A DNA stretch of 26,623 bases from a virus (IMGVR_UViG_3300046643_000160:1-26623); one strand, 5' to 3'. Shown: positions 17,429-25,655, counted from the stretch's first letter. Numbers and translations: made by a program. Notes: a model not told the origin generated them from the sequence alone.

Positions 17429-19081
17429 TTAAGCCACCGCAGGTTCAGCGGTTTGCGGCCCAGCCTTCATGGCCGCTTGCATCATTTCGGCCTGTTGTGC
17501 CTGCTGTTGGGCAGCTTCTTGGGCTTTCGCACGAGCCGCACGCATCTGACGCAGCTTGTCAGGACTGACCATCAGTTCAGCATCAACACCAAGAAGGTCT
17601 GCAACCTCTTGCATGCCTTTCTCGAAGTCAAATACATCGAGCAAGTCCGGCTTCTGCGTATTCGCAGCGGTGGTGATCAATCGGTTCATGAACTCATCAA
17701 TCGCCTGCACTTCCAACATCTTCTGCGAGCGTGCCAGAGGTGAGCGGTACTTGATCGTCAGAACACGATCACGTAGACCATCGGGAACACGAGGCAAGGC
17801 ACCAGCACGCAACGCCATGCCAAAGCAGCGTTCAACAAACGGCTGCAAGAACTCGGCTTGGAAGCGCGCAAAGATCGGGCCGAGGATCTGACGAACCTGG
17901 TTGTTTCGCGTCTGCACCTCAGTTGCAGTCTGAATGGCCTTCTCAGTTGGGCCGAGCTGGTCAGCCAGGAGCACGCGGCGGATCGAGGCTTGCAATCCCT
18001 GGATCTCGTTCATCGCGAACTGGATGTCACCGCCAGACTTCAGGATTTGCAGGTTATCCATGTCGCCCACGGGAATGATGCGACGTGCACCAATCTTGAT
18101 GGTGGCTGGGTTCACGACGCCGTCGTCCTTAACCTTGTACATGCCAGAGATGTGCATTGCCATGTTCTCGTGCATGGCTGACTTCACGGCGTTCACGGAC
18201 TTGATGTCAGGTAGCGCATCGAAGACCGGGCCGCGAGCGTAGTCGGTGTCTGGAATGCGCATCCAACGAGGCACGATCACTGGCATCTCGTGGAAGCCAG
18301 ATTCCTTGACGATGGTTCCACACTGTGCGACCCAAATACTTTCCCATGGCAAGTTCTTTTGGGTCTTGCCAACGGACTGCTTGCCGTTCCGCATGCGCGG
18401 ACGGATGGCAACAACAAAGCGGTGCTTCTTGGTGCCATGCGGATCGCTTGAGAATGCGTCCTTCATGTTCTGCGGCATTGCATCAAGACCGAACTCGTTC
18501 ACCGCCTCTTGCACCGTCCAATAGAACGAGCGGTACACCGTGTCGATGTACCCCAGGTGCAGCGTCTCTTGGCAGTACAGGTGGTGCAGCGGCCAGGATT
18601 CGAAGTACAGCTTCCCGCCCTTCATCTCGACGTACAAGCCAGCCATGCCAGCAATCATCGAGTGCGTCATGAACTCCGGTGCTTCGCAGTCGAAGTTTGA
18701 TCCGTGGATCATTGTGTGGATGCGCTGTGCCGAATCCTCAAGCCACTCCTTGCTGTCTTGGTCAAGCGCGTCCTCGTCGGCGTTTGGCACCTCAAGGTTG
18801 AACCAAAGCGAACCCGGTGGCGTGAGCGACGATTGCACGCTGGACGACAGCAAGCGCACGGCATCTGTTGCCGTGCTGTCCATCAACTGTGCCTGTTGCG
18901 TCCGCGTCGTTCCGGCGTTCGATACGCCGTCACCGTTGTTCTCTTGATTGAAGCCCGCACCGAGGTTTGGGTACGTGAAGCGATAGCAGTCGCGGTACTC
19001 TTGATCGAGCGGGTCACGAATCGCTTTCAAACGGTCGTGCTGCTTCAACACGGACCTTCCGCGTTCTTGTTCCTTGTCCAT
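17429..19081 (-). CDS. Portal / head-tail connector (T7 gp8, Bbp21 family)
   Basis: 550 aa, DSTA..A...L.S......LTPP...WF, PRW.....YARGP...ALPDIK, TATEV..R and Y.SPLARSQK motifs. Confidence 0.95.
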   Translation of the reverse strand: MDKEQERGRSVLKQHDRLKAIRDPLDQEYRDCYRFTYPNLGAGFNQENNGDGVSNAGTTRTQQAQLMDSTATDAVRLLSSSVQSSLTPPGSLWFNLEVPNADEDALDQDSKEWLEDSAQRIHTMIHGSNFDCEAPEFMTHSMIAGMAGLYVEMKGGKLYFESWPLHHLYCQETLHLGYIDTVYRSFYWTVQEAVNEFGLDAMPQNMKDAFSSDPHGTKKHRFVVAIRPRMRNGKQSVGKTQKNLPWESIWVAQCGTIVKESGFHEMPVIVPRWMRIPDTDYARGPVFDALPDIKSVNAVKSAMHENMAMHISGMYKVKDDGVVNPATIKIGARRIIPVGDMDNLQILKSGGDIQFAMNEIQGLQASIRRVLLADQLGPTEKAIQTATEVQTRNNQVRQILGPIFARFQAEFLQPFVERCFGMALRAGALPRVPDGLRDRVLTIKYRSPLARSQKMLEVQAIDEFMNRLITTAANTQKPDLLDVFDFEKGMQEVADLLGVDAELMVSPDKLRQMRAARAKAQEAAQQQAQQAEMMQAAMKAGPQTAEPAVA

Positions 19082-19084
19082 CCC

Positions 19085-19417
19085 TTACCCCGCGAGTAGT
19101 GTTGTTCTGCGCTTGGCGCGCACTTGTGCATCGCTACCGCTGGACAGGAACGGATCAATGTTTGACTGCTTCACAGCGTCATGAGCATCGTCGTTCGCCA
19201 GTGCCGCAGCACCTGAAAGCAAGGTCCGGGTCTGGAAGTACCCGTTTGCCTTCGCGTTCGTTTGTGCGACCTGACCGGCCAACTCGGCCTGCTCGTTCGC
19301 GGTGATCTGATCTCGGATGGCCTTGGTGGCCGCGTTCGTCGCATCGATCTGTGCTTGAACCTTTGCCTGCTGAGTGACGGGCGAGTTCTCAATGACCTTG
19401 GCCCAACTGAAGCCCAT
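19085..19417 (-). CDS. Small putative virion protein upstream of the portal
   Basis: 110 aa, A/Q-rich, ends KRRTTLLAG; tightly packed with neighbours. Confidence 0.7.
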   Translation of the reverse strand: MGFSWAKVIENSPVTQQAKVQAQIDATNAATKAIRDQITANEQAELAGQVAQTNAKANGYFQTRTLLSGAAALANDDAHDAVKQSNIDPFLSSGSDAQVRAKRRTTLLAG

Positions 19418-19419
19418 GG

Positions 19420-19803
19420 TTAGAACCCTGCGACCAAGGTCTTGGCACGCTTCGCCTTCTTGACGGACGGTGCGTCTGGGTCTTCAAGATCAATGCTTGA
19501 CTCGGGCGTTGGTGCGAACGCTTGATCGCCCTCTTCAGCGGCTACGCCAGCCAACAGGGTCCGGTTGCGTGCCCGACGCGCTTGATCAGCATTCGCCGAC
19601 GCAACTGACTCAGCCAGGGTTTTGGCATCGGCCTCTTGCTGCTTCGCGTCGGACTCGGCCTTGATGCGCGCCGTCTCCGCATCCGCAAGGCGGCGGTTTG
19701 CTTCTGTCTGCGCCGCGATCTCGGCGGCTGATGGACCTTTCGAACCACCACCGCACAGCATCCGGTGATCAGGTGCTTGATTTGTTAGTTTTGAAAAGTC
19801 CAC
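19420..19803 (-). CDS. Small putative virion protein, first gene of the structural block
   Basis: 127 aa, GTG start with SD GGAGG, CGGGSKGP motif, coiled coil, RTLLAG motif. Confidence 0.7.
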   Translation of the reverse strand: MDFSKLTNQAPDHRMLCGGGSKGPSAAEIAAQTEANRRLADAETARIKAESDAKQQEADAKTLAESVASANADQARRARNRTLLAGVAAEEGDQAFAPTPESSIDLEDPDAPSVKKAKRAKTLVAGF

Positions 19804-19807
19804 GCAT

Positions 19808-19836
19808 TACCTCCACTGATTTGTTGGAGGTATTTA
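19808..19836 (-). promoter_or_regulatory. TAAATA box with anti-SD hairpin at the head of the structural block
   Basis: Minus strand TAAATACCTCCA-acaaatcag-TGGAGGTA: an 8-bp stem pairs CCTCC with the SD GGAGG. Confidence 0.8.
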
Positions 19837-20408
19837 CGATCCGGCGTCAGGTATTCCTGAAAAACCGCAATTGGACGGCAGTAATTACGCGCCGGTTTTC
19901 CCGGGATATTTTTCGAATGCTTGAATATCGAAAACCTGAACTGTCGGAATCCCAAGGGACTATATGAAGGGGATAGTGAGGTTTGAACAGGTAGTACTTA
20001 AGTTCTGGAAGGTGCTCAGAATTCAAGGTTCAGAAAAAGTGCGGTGCATGGCACCTTGATCCTGAACCGTACCCCAACCGTTTCCAAATCGCTCAAGGCC
20101 AGACACAAAGCCTGTGCCACGACGTGCGCGACGGTTCAAACGGTTCTGAAAACATGATTGGACATACACGCGACCGTTCGAGATCACCTGGGACCGTCCG
20201 GCAGGGTGTCATCGATGACCAAAAAGCCTGGCTTTTGAGCACTCGGCGAGACCACGGGACCGTACTTCGACCAATTTTCAACATCCCGACTCAGCTTTTT
20301 GAGTGCTGTGCCGGCAGGTGCCGCCGGATGCGTCCTGGCTCACCCCGGTCACGAAAAATGAGGTGATCTACACACGCTGGACGGGTGCAACCGGCGCCAC
20401 CAGAGTGC

Positions 20409-20437
20409 CAGTGATACTTTGAGCAGAAGTATCACTG
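20409..20437. repeat. 11-7-11 inverted repeat, candidate tyrosine recombinase site
   Basis: CAGTGATACTT-tgagcag-AAGTATCACTG. Confidence 0.55.
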
Positions 20438-20687
20438 TCCTGTTTTCACGGGGTGACAGTGTCATCGATTGTTCCTTGTTCGGGATGGGACCGTGAACCC
20501 GAGCGAGTGTTCAAGACAGCGGAGACAGCCCCGGAGCGCGTGGTCTTCTACGAGATCACCGACAAGTTTTGCCCTCAAAGCAGCGAAAATTTAAAAGAGT
20601 ACTTCCGCATGTAAAACGTGAACTTTTCGACAAAACCAATGTATTCGGACGCGAAATAATACGCAAATTTTTGATTTCCGTAGAATT

Positions 20688-20876
20688 GTGGACATGGAAC
20701 ACAAACAGCCGCGTCCGATCCTCGGACCTCGTCAGGACCAGATGAAGCACTTCAGCAAGGAGACTGCTGGCGTGAAGCTCACAGCACTCCTGCTCTGTCA
20801 GCTTCCATTCATCTTTTGGTCGCTTGGCACCGTGGTGGCGGCTGGCGTGACCGCGTATCTGATCTGGGGTCGTTGA
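20688..20876 (+). CDS. Small membrane protein
   Basis: About 60 aa with a hydrophobic C-terminal half; its TGA overlaps the next ATG (TGATG). Start could be GTG 20688 or ATG 20694. Confidence 0.5.
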   Translation: MDMEHKQPRPILGPRQDQMKHFSKETAGVKLTALLLCQLPFIFWSLGTVVAAGVTAYLIWGR

Positions 20877-22201
20877 TGAACTTTGATAAGTCAATCAAAC
20901 GCCTGACCAAACTACTGCGTGCAGTCGAAGAGGCTCCAGACGATTATCCGAGGTTGCTGACATTACAACGCGCGATTGCTGCCCGAATTATTGGTGCCGA
21001 ACGCAAGATCGCCATACAACAAGCGGCAAAAGCTGATTTAGCTCGCAAAAGGAAACAACGAGTCTCCAAACAGGATTCCATCGAGTTAAAGGCACTGATT
21101 GATGCCATGACTGAAGTCATCGATAAGCTCCGGTACTTCATATACATCGTCAAAAGCTTCGGCGACGGTCTTGCATATGCGTACTTGGATACGTTTGCCT
21201 TAAAGCACATGTATTTCGAGACGCATACGTATAACCCAAAGCAAACGGCGGGGGCGTTGGGCAAAGACGGTTTCAGGAATGAGTGGCGAGTACTCAAGAT
21301 GGTCATTGAGAAAGGCGTGCCCGCTGTCCTGTGCGACCTCACGAACACACTCAGGCATGGGGACATCTGCCCTCTCGTTGGCCCAGACCCTATCCCCGTG
21401 GAAATAAAGTCCAGCGCAAACCGGAGTGCAAGAGCTGATAGGCAGATTGCGAACGTGCAGGCACTGAACTCGTTCTACGCGACCGATGAGGCCGAGACTT
21501 TGCACGGAATCAAGGATGTGAAGCGCATGGAGGTTGGCGGTCGCAGTGACCACATCCCAACGATCAATGAGTGCATCAAAAACTCAGGGGCGACCAACTT
21601 TGCGTACGTGAAGCTGGAAGGCCTGACGTACTTTGCTGTCAGGGGCGATGGGGAAGCCGCGCGCCTGGACCAACTAGGCGCAGGTCCAAGAACAATCCTG
21701 GCGACGCTCAATGAAACCAAGCAAGAACGGCAATGGATGCCGTACTACCCGTTCACGCTGTCCATCAGGGACGAACAAGATCTGCTTGACTTCATCAATG
21801 GCGAGGTCGTTCTTGGGATGATGATTCACGCTGACGAGGTTGTCGCCGCGTTCGCAAAGTACGGTCTGGACGCGCAGTTCATCAACAACTCGGTTGGGAT
21901 CTTGAAGATCACCCGCACAGGTGATCCTGAAGGCAACATGGCAATCGTGCCACTGCAATTCTTTCAACGCGTCATCCTTGAGTTCATGAGTATCGATGCA
22001 TTGATCCAGGCTCAATTGGCGAAGGTCGCGAGCATGGACGAGGGACAGCCTGAATTGACGAAGCAAATCAATGAGAAGGTAGCCGAGGCTGGCGGCAAGG
22101 TCACAGAGGAGATCTTGAAGCAGCTATTTCCGAATGGCTACCTAGATCACTGGCCGCCGCGCTACGAGGCTATGTTTCCAGATCAGCCAGTTGACTCGTG
22201 A
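20876..22201 (+). CDS. Hypothetical protein with N-terminal coiled coil and candidate PD-(D/E)xK nuclease motif
   Basis: 441 aa from ATG 20876; RHGDICPLVGPDPIPVEIKSS fits D-x(n)-E-x-K. The ORF is secure, the nuclease call is inference. Confidence 0.6.
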   Translation: MNFDKSIKRLTKLLRAVEEAPDDYPRLLTLQRAIAARIIGAERKIAIQQAAKADLARKRKQRVSKQDSIELKALIDAMTEVIDKLRYFIYIVKSFGDGLAYAYLDTFALKHMYFETHTYNPKQTAGALGKDGFRNEWRVLKMVIEKGVPAVLCDLTNTLRHGDICPLVGPDPIPVEIKSSANRSARADRQIANVQALNSFYATDEAETLHGIKDVKRMEVGGRSDHIPTINECIKNSGATNFAYVKLEGLTYFAVRGDGEAARLDQLGAGPRTILATLNETKQERQWMPYYPFTLSIRDEQDLLDFINGEVVLGMMIHADEVVAAFAKYGLDAQFINNSVGILKITRTGDPEGNMAIVPLQFFQRVILEFMSIDALIQAQLAKVASMDEGQPELTKQINEKVAEAGGKVTEEILKQLFPNGYLDHWPPRYEAMFPDQPVDS

Positions 22202-22615
22202 TCTGGTGTGCTTCAAGGGTTGAAGGACCCGGACGGCACGGCCTTCAATCCAGCCCCTGAACCCGCACGTTTGATTGTTTGACACGCGACTGGCCTATAA
22301 GTCGAATGCACCGTCACTTGTCGTACCTTCGCTAACCCTTGGTGCAGTTCGCCCCCGGCGTTGAAGCTTGAGTCATGCCGCTATGCGCTTTAGCGCAAAG
22401 AAGTAGGCAGGACCGCTGTGAGCGAGGTGAGCGCAGCGAGCATCGGGAGTCAGCGGGCATTGCCTTCGAGGCGGTCACGCCGAGACGACCATAGTGGCTA
22501 CAGTGCTGTGCTGCCCTGGCGGGCAGGCAAGGCGAGGTTGGTGCCTCGCAGTGCCTCGCTGCGCTCGTCCCCGACTCGGCACCAACCCGCCAATTGACCC
22601 CGCTGACGCGGGCAA

Positions 22616-22682
22616 AAAGCAATGTAATGGTGTCGCTTTAAGGTATCTCCTTTTATTTAAAGCGACACCATTACATTGCTTT
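22616..22682. repeat. 26-bp perfect inverted repeat with a 15-nt spacer
   Basis: AAAGCAATGTAATGGTGTCGCTTTAA (22616-22641) and its reverse complement (22657-22682); minus-strand TAAATA at 22654-22659. Confidence 0.95.
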
Positions 22683-22739
22683 CACAGATACGGGATGGAG
22701 ACAAGTGACAGCTCTTTGGGTCTTGTCTGCGTAGGCCGC

Positions 22740-22745
22740 TAAATA
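22740..22745 (+). promoter_or_regulatory. TAAATA box upstream of the 22872 gene leader
   Basis: cTAAATAc, overlapped by the TACATTGC/GCAATGTA stem. Confidence 0.65.
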
Positions 22746-22871
22746 CATTGCGAACAGCAATGTAGTCGGGCTTCCGACGAGCGGTCATCGACGTACTCCG
22801 AGTTAATCCCCAACCCGACTACATCCGCTGTTGCCAGCGGTGGGGACCGCTGAAACTACTCGGAGTTCAGC

Positions 22872-23504
22872 ATGGCACTTCAAATCTTCAAGCTCACTGA
22901 GCCGCTGTACGGCTTCTATCTCAAGGGCTTGCTTGTCGCCTCGTTCCTAAGCTTCCGTGATCGTGCAAAGGCGTACGCCATCACTGAAGTCACTGGCGTT
23001 CATCGCGACCTGAACGAAATCTACAGATACATCAACCTGCGCAGGCTCTACAACAGCCTGGGCGCTACGAGTCCAAAGCAGCGTAAGGCTGTCCAAGCAG
23101 CCTTGCAGGTTTACTACACGCGCAAGTCACGTGGATCAAACGTGAGCGGCATGGTCTCGATGTGGGTCAACCGTGGTGGTGAGCGAATCACCGAGTCAGC
23201 GCAGAAGGTGCTTGCGCACTACCAACTTGCAAATCAGGAGGCACTCATGGAAATCGAGTCCGGCATGTACGTCAAGGACGCAGGCAATGGCAAGTGCCTT
23301 TGCGTGATCCCATTGCAATTCGAAATGACTAAGACCGAGGTTGACGCGTTGTTAAAGCTTGTCGACGTGCTTGACGAGGAAAGTGCAGCGCAAGCGGCCA
23401 AGAAGCCGCGCAAACCTCGCACTCCTGACAGCGAGGTGACAAAGGCCAAGAAGCGTTCAGCAGCGTTGGCCCGTCAAGCCCGCGCTCGTGCAGCTCAAGT
23501 GTGA
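22872..23504 (+). CDS. Basic hypothetical protein with a NUMOD3-like C-terminal motif
   Basis: 210 aa, SD GGAG; RTPDSEVTKAKKRSAALAR resembles NUMOD3 DNA-binding repeats. Confidence 0.6.
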   Translation: MALQIFKLTEPLYGFYLKGLLVASFLSFRDRAKAYAITEVTGVHRDLNEIYRYINLRRLYNSLGATSPKQRKAVQAALQVYYTRKSRGSNVSGMVSMWVNRGGERITESAQKVLAHYQLANQEALMEIESGMYVKDAGNGKCLCVIPLQFEMTKTEVDALLKLVDVLDEESAAQAAKKPRKPRTPDSEVTKAKKRSAALARQARARAAQV

Positions 23505-23806
23505 GGCGAGAGCCACGCGTACACCGAGGTAAGCAGGGTCCCAACGCAGCCGAATGCGACCGCGAAGGCAGTCCACAATGCCGCCTTTGCGTTCTTCTTG
23601 CCAGACTTGTTGAAGGCAATCATGTGCCCGGTTACGTGCGACATGATGTTCGCTTCTGCGTTCTCAACAATTGACAGCTCCCATGCAGGCAAGACCGGGA
23701 TCTTGCTCGCCTGCCACCACAGGTACGAAGCATATAGACCCGTCACAAGTGCCATGGCAGCCATGATGAGGCCAATGACGGCCATTACGTTGTCGTGATT
23801 TGCCAT
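23495..23806 (-). CDS. Two-TM membrane protein
   Basis: ATG 23806 with SD GGGAG; 103 aa with two hydrophobic helices. Confidence 0.65.
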   Translation of the reverse strand: MANHDNVMAVIGLIMAAMALVTGLYASYLWWQASKIPVLPAWELSIVENAEANIMSHVTGHMIAFNKSGKKNAKAALWTAFAVAFGCVGTLLTSVYAWLSPHT

Positions 23807-23867
23807 GGAGCTCCCTGAAAATGAGACTGCAAAGCTCTCATAATGCCACCCCAGAAAGGGAGGCAAT

Positions 23868-24677
23868 GTGACAACGATTTACCACTACACAGACGTCCAT
23901 GGTTTTTTGGAGATCATCTCAAAGAGAAAGCTTTGGCTTTCGGGAACCAACAACCTGAACGACAAAACTGAACGAATACACGGGAAAAATAAGGTACTCA
24001 AGGCACTTGAAAATTTCGATGACTTCGAGGGAAAAAGCAAGGTTATCGAGATATTCACTCGCCTCATGGGTCATGCCCAGTACGTGTGCTCATTCTCGCA
24101 AGACGGAGACACGCTCAGTCAATGGCGGGGCTATGCCGATGATGGGCATGGTTTTGCCATAGGCTTCAATAGCGATACATTCCCTGAGAACCATGGCATT
24201 GCCATCAATACTTCTGATCCTGAATTCGCAACGTCGCTACAACGTGTGGAGTACGACCCAAGCAAGCAGGATTACCTGATCCATCAGATCATCGACAGTG
24301 CTAGACCCGATGCTGCAGCGACGGCGATTCCAAGACAAGTTCAGCTAATTGGCGCTGCTACAAGATTAGCAAGCCTAACCATCACAATGAAGAACGATGG
24401 ATTTAAAGAGGAAGCCGAGTGGAGGCTGGTTCATGCCCCAATCATCAATCTCACTCCATCAGAAGGACGTCTGATTACGTGCAAGCCAGAGCACTTCAAA
24501 CAACGTGTTTCAGGCAAACGAATTTGCACTTACTTCGAGCATTCTTTCGAGGTGTCAGCAATCGAGGAGATCATGATTGGTCCAAAGTGCTTGGTTCACA
24601 ACGAGGATCTGCAAATGCTGCTTCTCTCAAATGGCATCGACCTCACACCTCAGCATTCAAAGTCCACCTATAGGTAG
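23868..24677 (+). CDS. DUF2971-domain protein
   Basis: IYHYT, LND..E, YVCSFS..GDTLSQWRGYA...GFAIGF, K..GF..E.EWR and IMIGP motifs; GTG start with SD GGGAGG. Confidence 0.85.
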   Translation: MTTIYHYTDVHGFLEIISKRKLWLSGTNNLNDKTERIHGKNKVLKALENFDDFEGKSKVIEIFTRLMGHAQYVCSFSQDGDTLSQWRGYADDGHGFAIGFNSDTFPENHGIAINTSDPEFATSLQRVEYDPSKQDYLIHQIIDSARPDAAATAIPRQVQLIGAATRLASLTITMKNDGFKEEAEWRLVHAPIINLTPSEGRLITCKPEHFKQRVSGKRICTYFEHSFEVSAIEEIMIGPKCLVHNEDLQMLLLSNGIDLTPQHSKSTYR

Positions 24678-24747
24678 ATCCTGAAATAAAGGTGTACGTT
24701 TTTCGGCCGGTTGATACGATTTCTAAAAGTATCACCGAAGGACGTAC

Positions 24748-25377
24748 ATGCTCGAAGTTCAGCCAACCAAAACGATCCCAGCTTGGTATGCCACTCGCGC
24801 CAAGACCGGGCCAAAGGCGCCGATGCAGCCGATCACGAGCCGCGCTGACATCGCCGCCATCAAGCTCCTATTGAAAGACTCGGCACGCGACCTTGCCCTG
24901 TTCACCGTGGGCATCAACACAGCGTACCGAGCAAGCGACTACCTTGGCTGGAAGGTCAAGGACGTGCGTGGCCTTGAGCCAAGCGATGGCGTTCAGTTCA
25001 AAGAACAGAAGACCAAGAAGTACCGCGGTGTGTTCCTGAACAGAACAGCGATTGAAGCAATCAACGAACTGTTGGCCTCAAGGCCGGATGCACAGGACGA
25101 TGACTACCTGTTCGTTGGAACTGACGGCAGAACACCGATCACGGTTCATTGGTACGGGCAGTTGGTCAAACGCTGGTGCCTGGCTGTCGGCATGAAAGGT
25201 CACTTTGGTTCGCACACGCTGCGTAAGACCTGGGGGTACATGCAGCGCACCGTGAACAACATGGCCCTTGAGAAGATCCAGAAGGCATACGGGCACGCGT
25301 CTAGCGCGGTCACGTTGATCTACGTCTGCATCCCTGACGAAGAGATGCGCGACATGTACATGAGCCTGGAACTGTAA
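24748..25377 (+). CDS. Tyrosine recombinase, essentially catalytic domain only
   Basis: 209 aa; catalytic R (GINTAYRASD), K (EQKTKK), HxxR (HTLRKT), GH and Y (TLIY). Confidence 0.93.
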   Translation: MLEVQPTKTIPAWYATRAKTGPKAPMQPITSRADIAAIKLLLKDSARDLALFTVGINTAYRASDYLGWKVKDVRGLEPSDGVQFKEQKTKKYRGVFLNRTAIEAINELLASRPDAQDDDYLFVGTDGRTPITVHWYGQLVKRWCLAVGMKGHFGSHTLRKTWGYMQRTVNNMALEKIQKAYGHASSAVTLIYVCIPDEEMRDMYMSLEL

Positions 25378-25386
25378 GGGGGCAAT

Positions 25387-25647
25387 ATGGAACACAAATT
25401 CTTTGACCACACCAAATGCGGCTTCTATGACTTGAGCGAATCGCAACGCACCGAGTTCATCAAACAGAACGTCACGGCCTTTGGTGTGCTCTTTGTACTG
25501 CTGCCATTGCTCATTGCACCATTCGCTGGCGAGTACAAGGCCGCCATGATCGTGACGTTCTTGCTCGCCCTCGTCGGCGTAACTGTCGTGATGAAAGAGA
25601 ACTTGAACCGCTTCCATCGCGAGCAATACGACAAGCGAAGCGTGTAA
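25387..25647 (+). CDS. Two-TM membrane protein
   Basis: 86 aa, G-rich SD, directly after the recombinase. Confidence 0.65.
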   Translation: MEHKFFDHTKCGFYDLSESQRTEFIKQNVTAFGVLFVLLPLLIAPFAGEYKAAMIVTFLLALVGVTVVMKENLNRFHREQYDKRSV

Positions 25648-25650
25648 ATA
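25645..25650 (+). promoter_or_regulatory. TAAATA box upstream of the candidate ncRNA
   Basis: gTAAATAc overlapping the stop codon of the preceding gene. Confidence 0.6.
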
Positions 25651-25655
25651 CCATC

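Noticed and set aside
111-19967. Numerous plus-strand and nested ORFs over the structural module (e.g. 4824-5777, 2966-3622)
   Set aside because: Antisense or off-frame shadows of real minus-strand genes, with no recognisable motifs.
19940-19975. T7-type RNA polymerase promoter (GACTATATGAAGGGG)
   Set aside because: Single copy with a poor match; no repeated 20-bp promoter consensus upstream of the structural genes.
19840-20690. CRISPR array or iteron array
   Set aside because: Repeats are short (8-11 bp) and irregularly spaced, with no repeat-spacer periodicity.
22271-22301. Sigma70 promoter TTGACA...TATAAG
   Set aside because: The spacer from TTGACA is only 11 bp and there is no clear downstream gene.
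22332-22622. 96-aa minus-strand ORF behind the AAGGAG in the inverted-repeat loop
   Set aside because: The SD is about 25 nt from the TTG and the composition is unprotein-like; the region looks structural.
22616-22682. Protelomerase (telomere resolution) site
   Set aside because: Such sites are near-continuous palindromes, whereas this one has a 15-nt asymmetric spacer, and no protelomerase is in the window.
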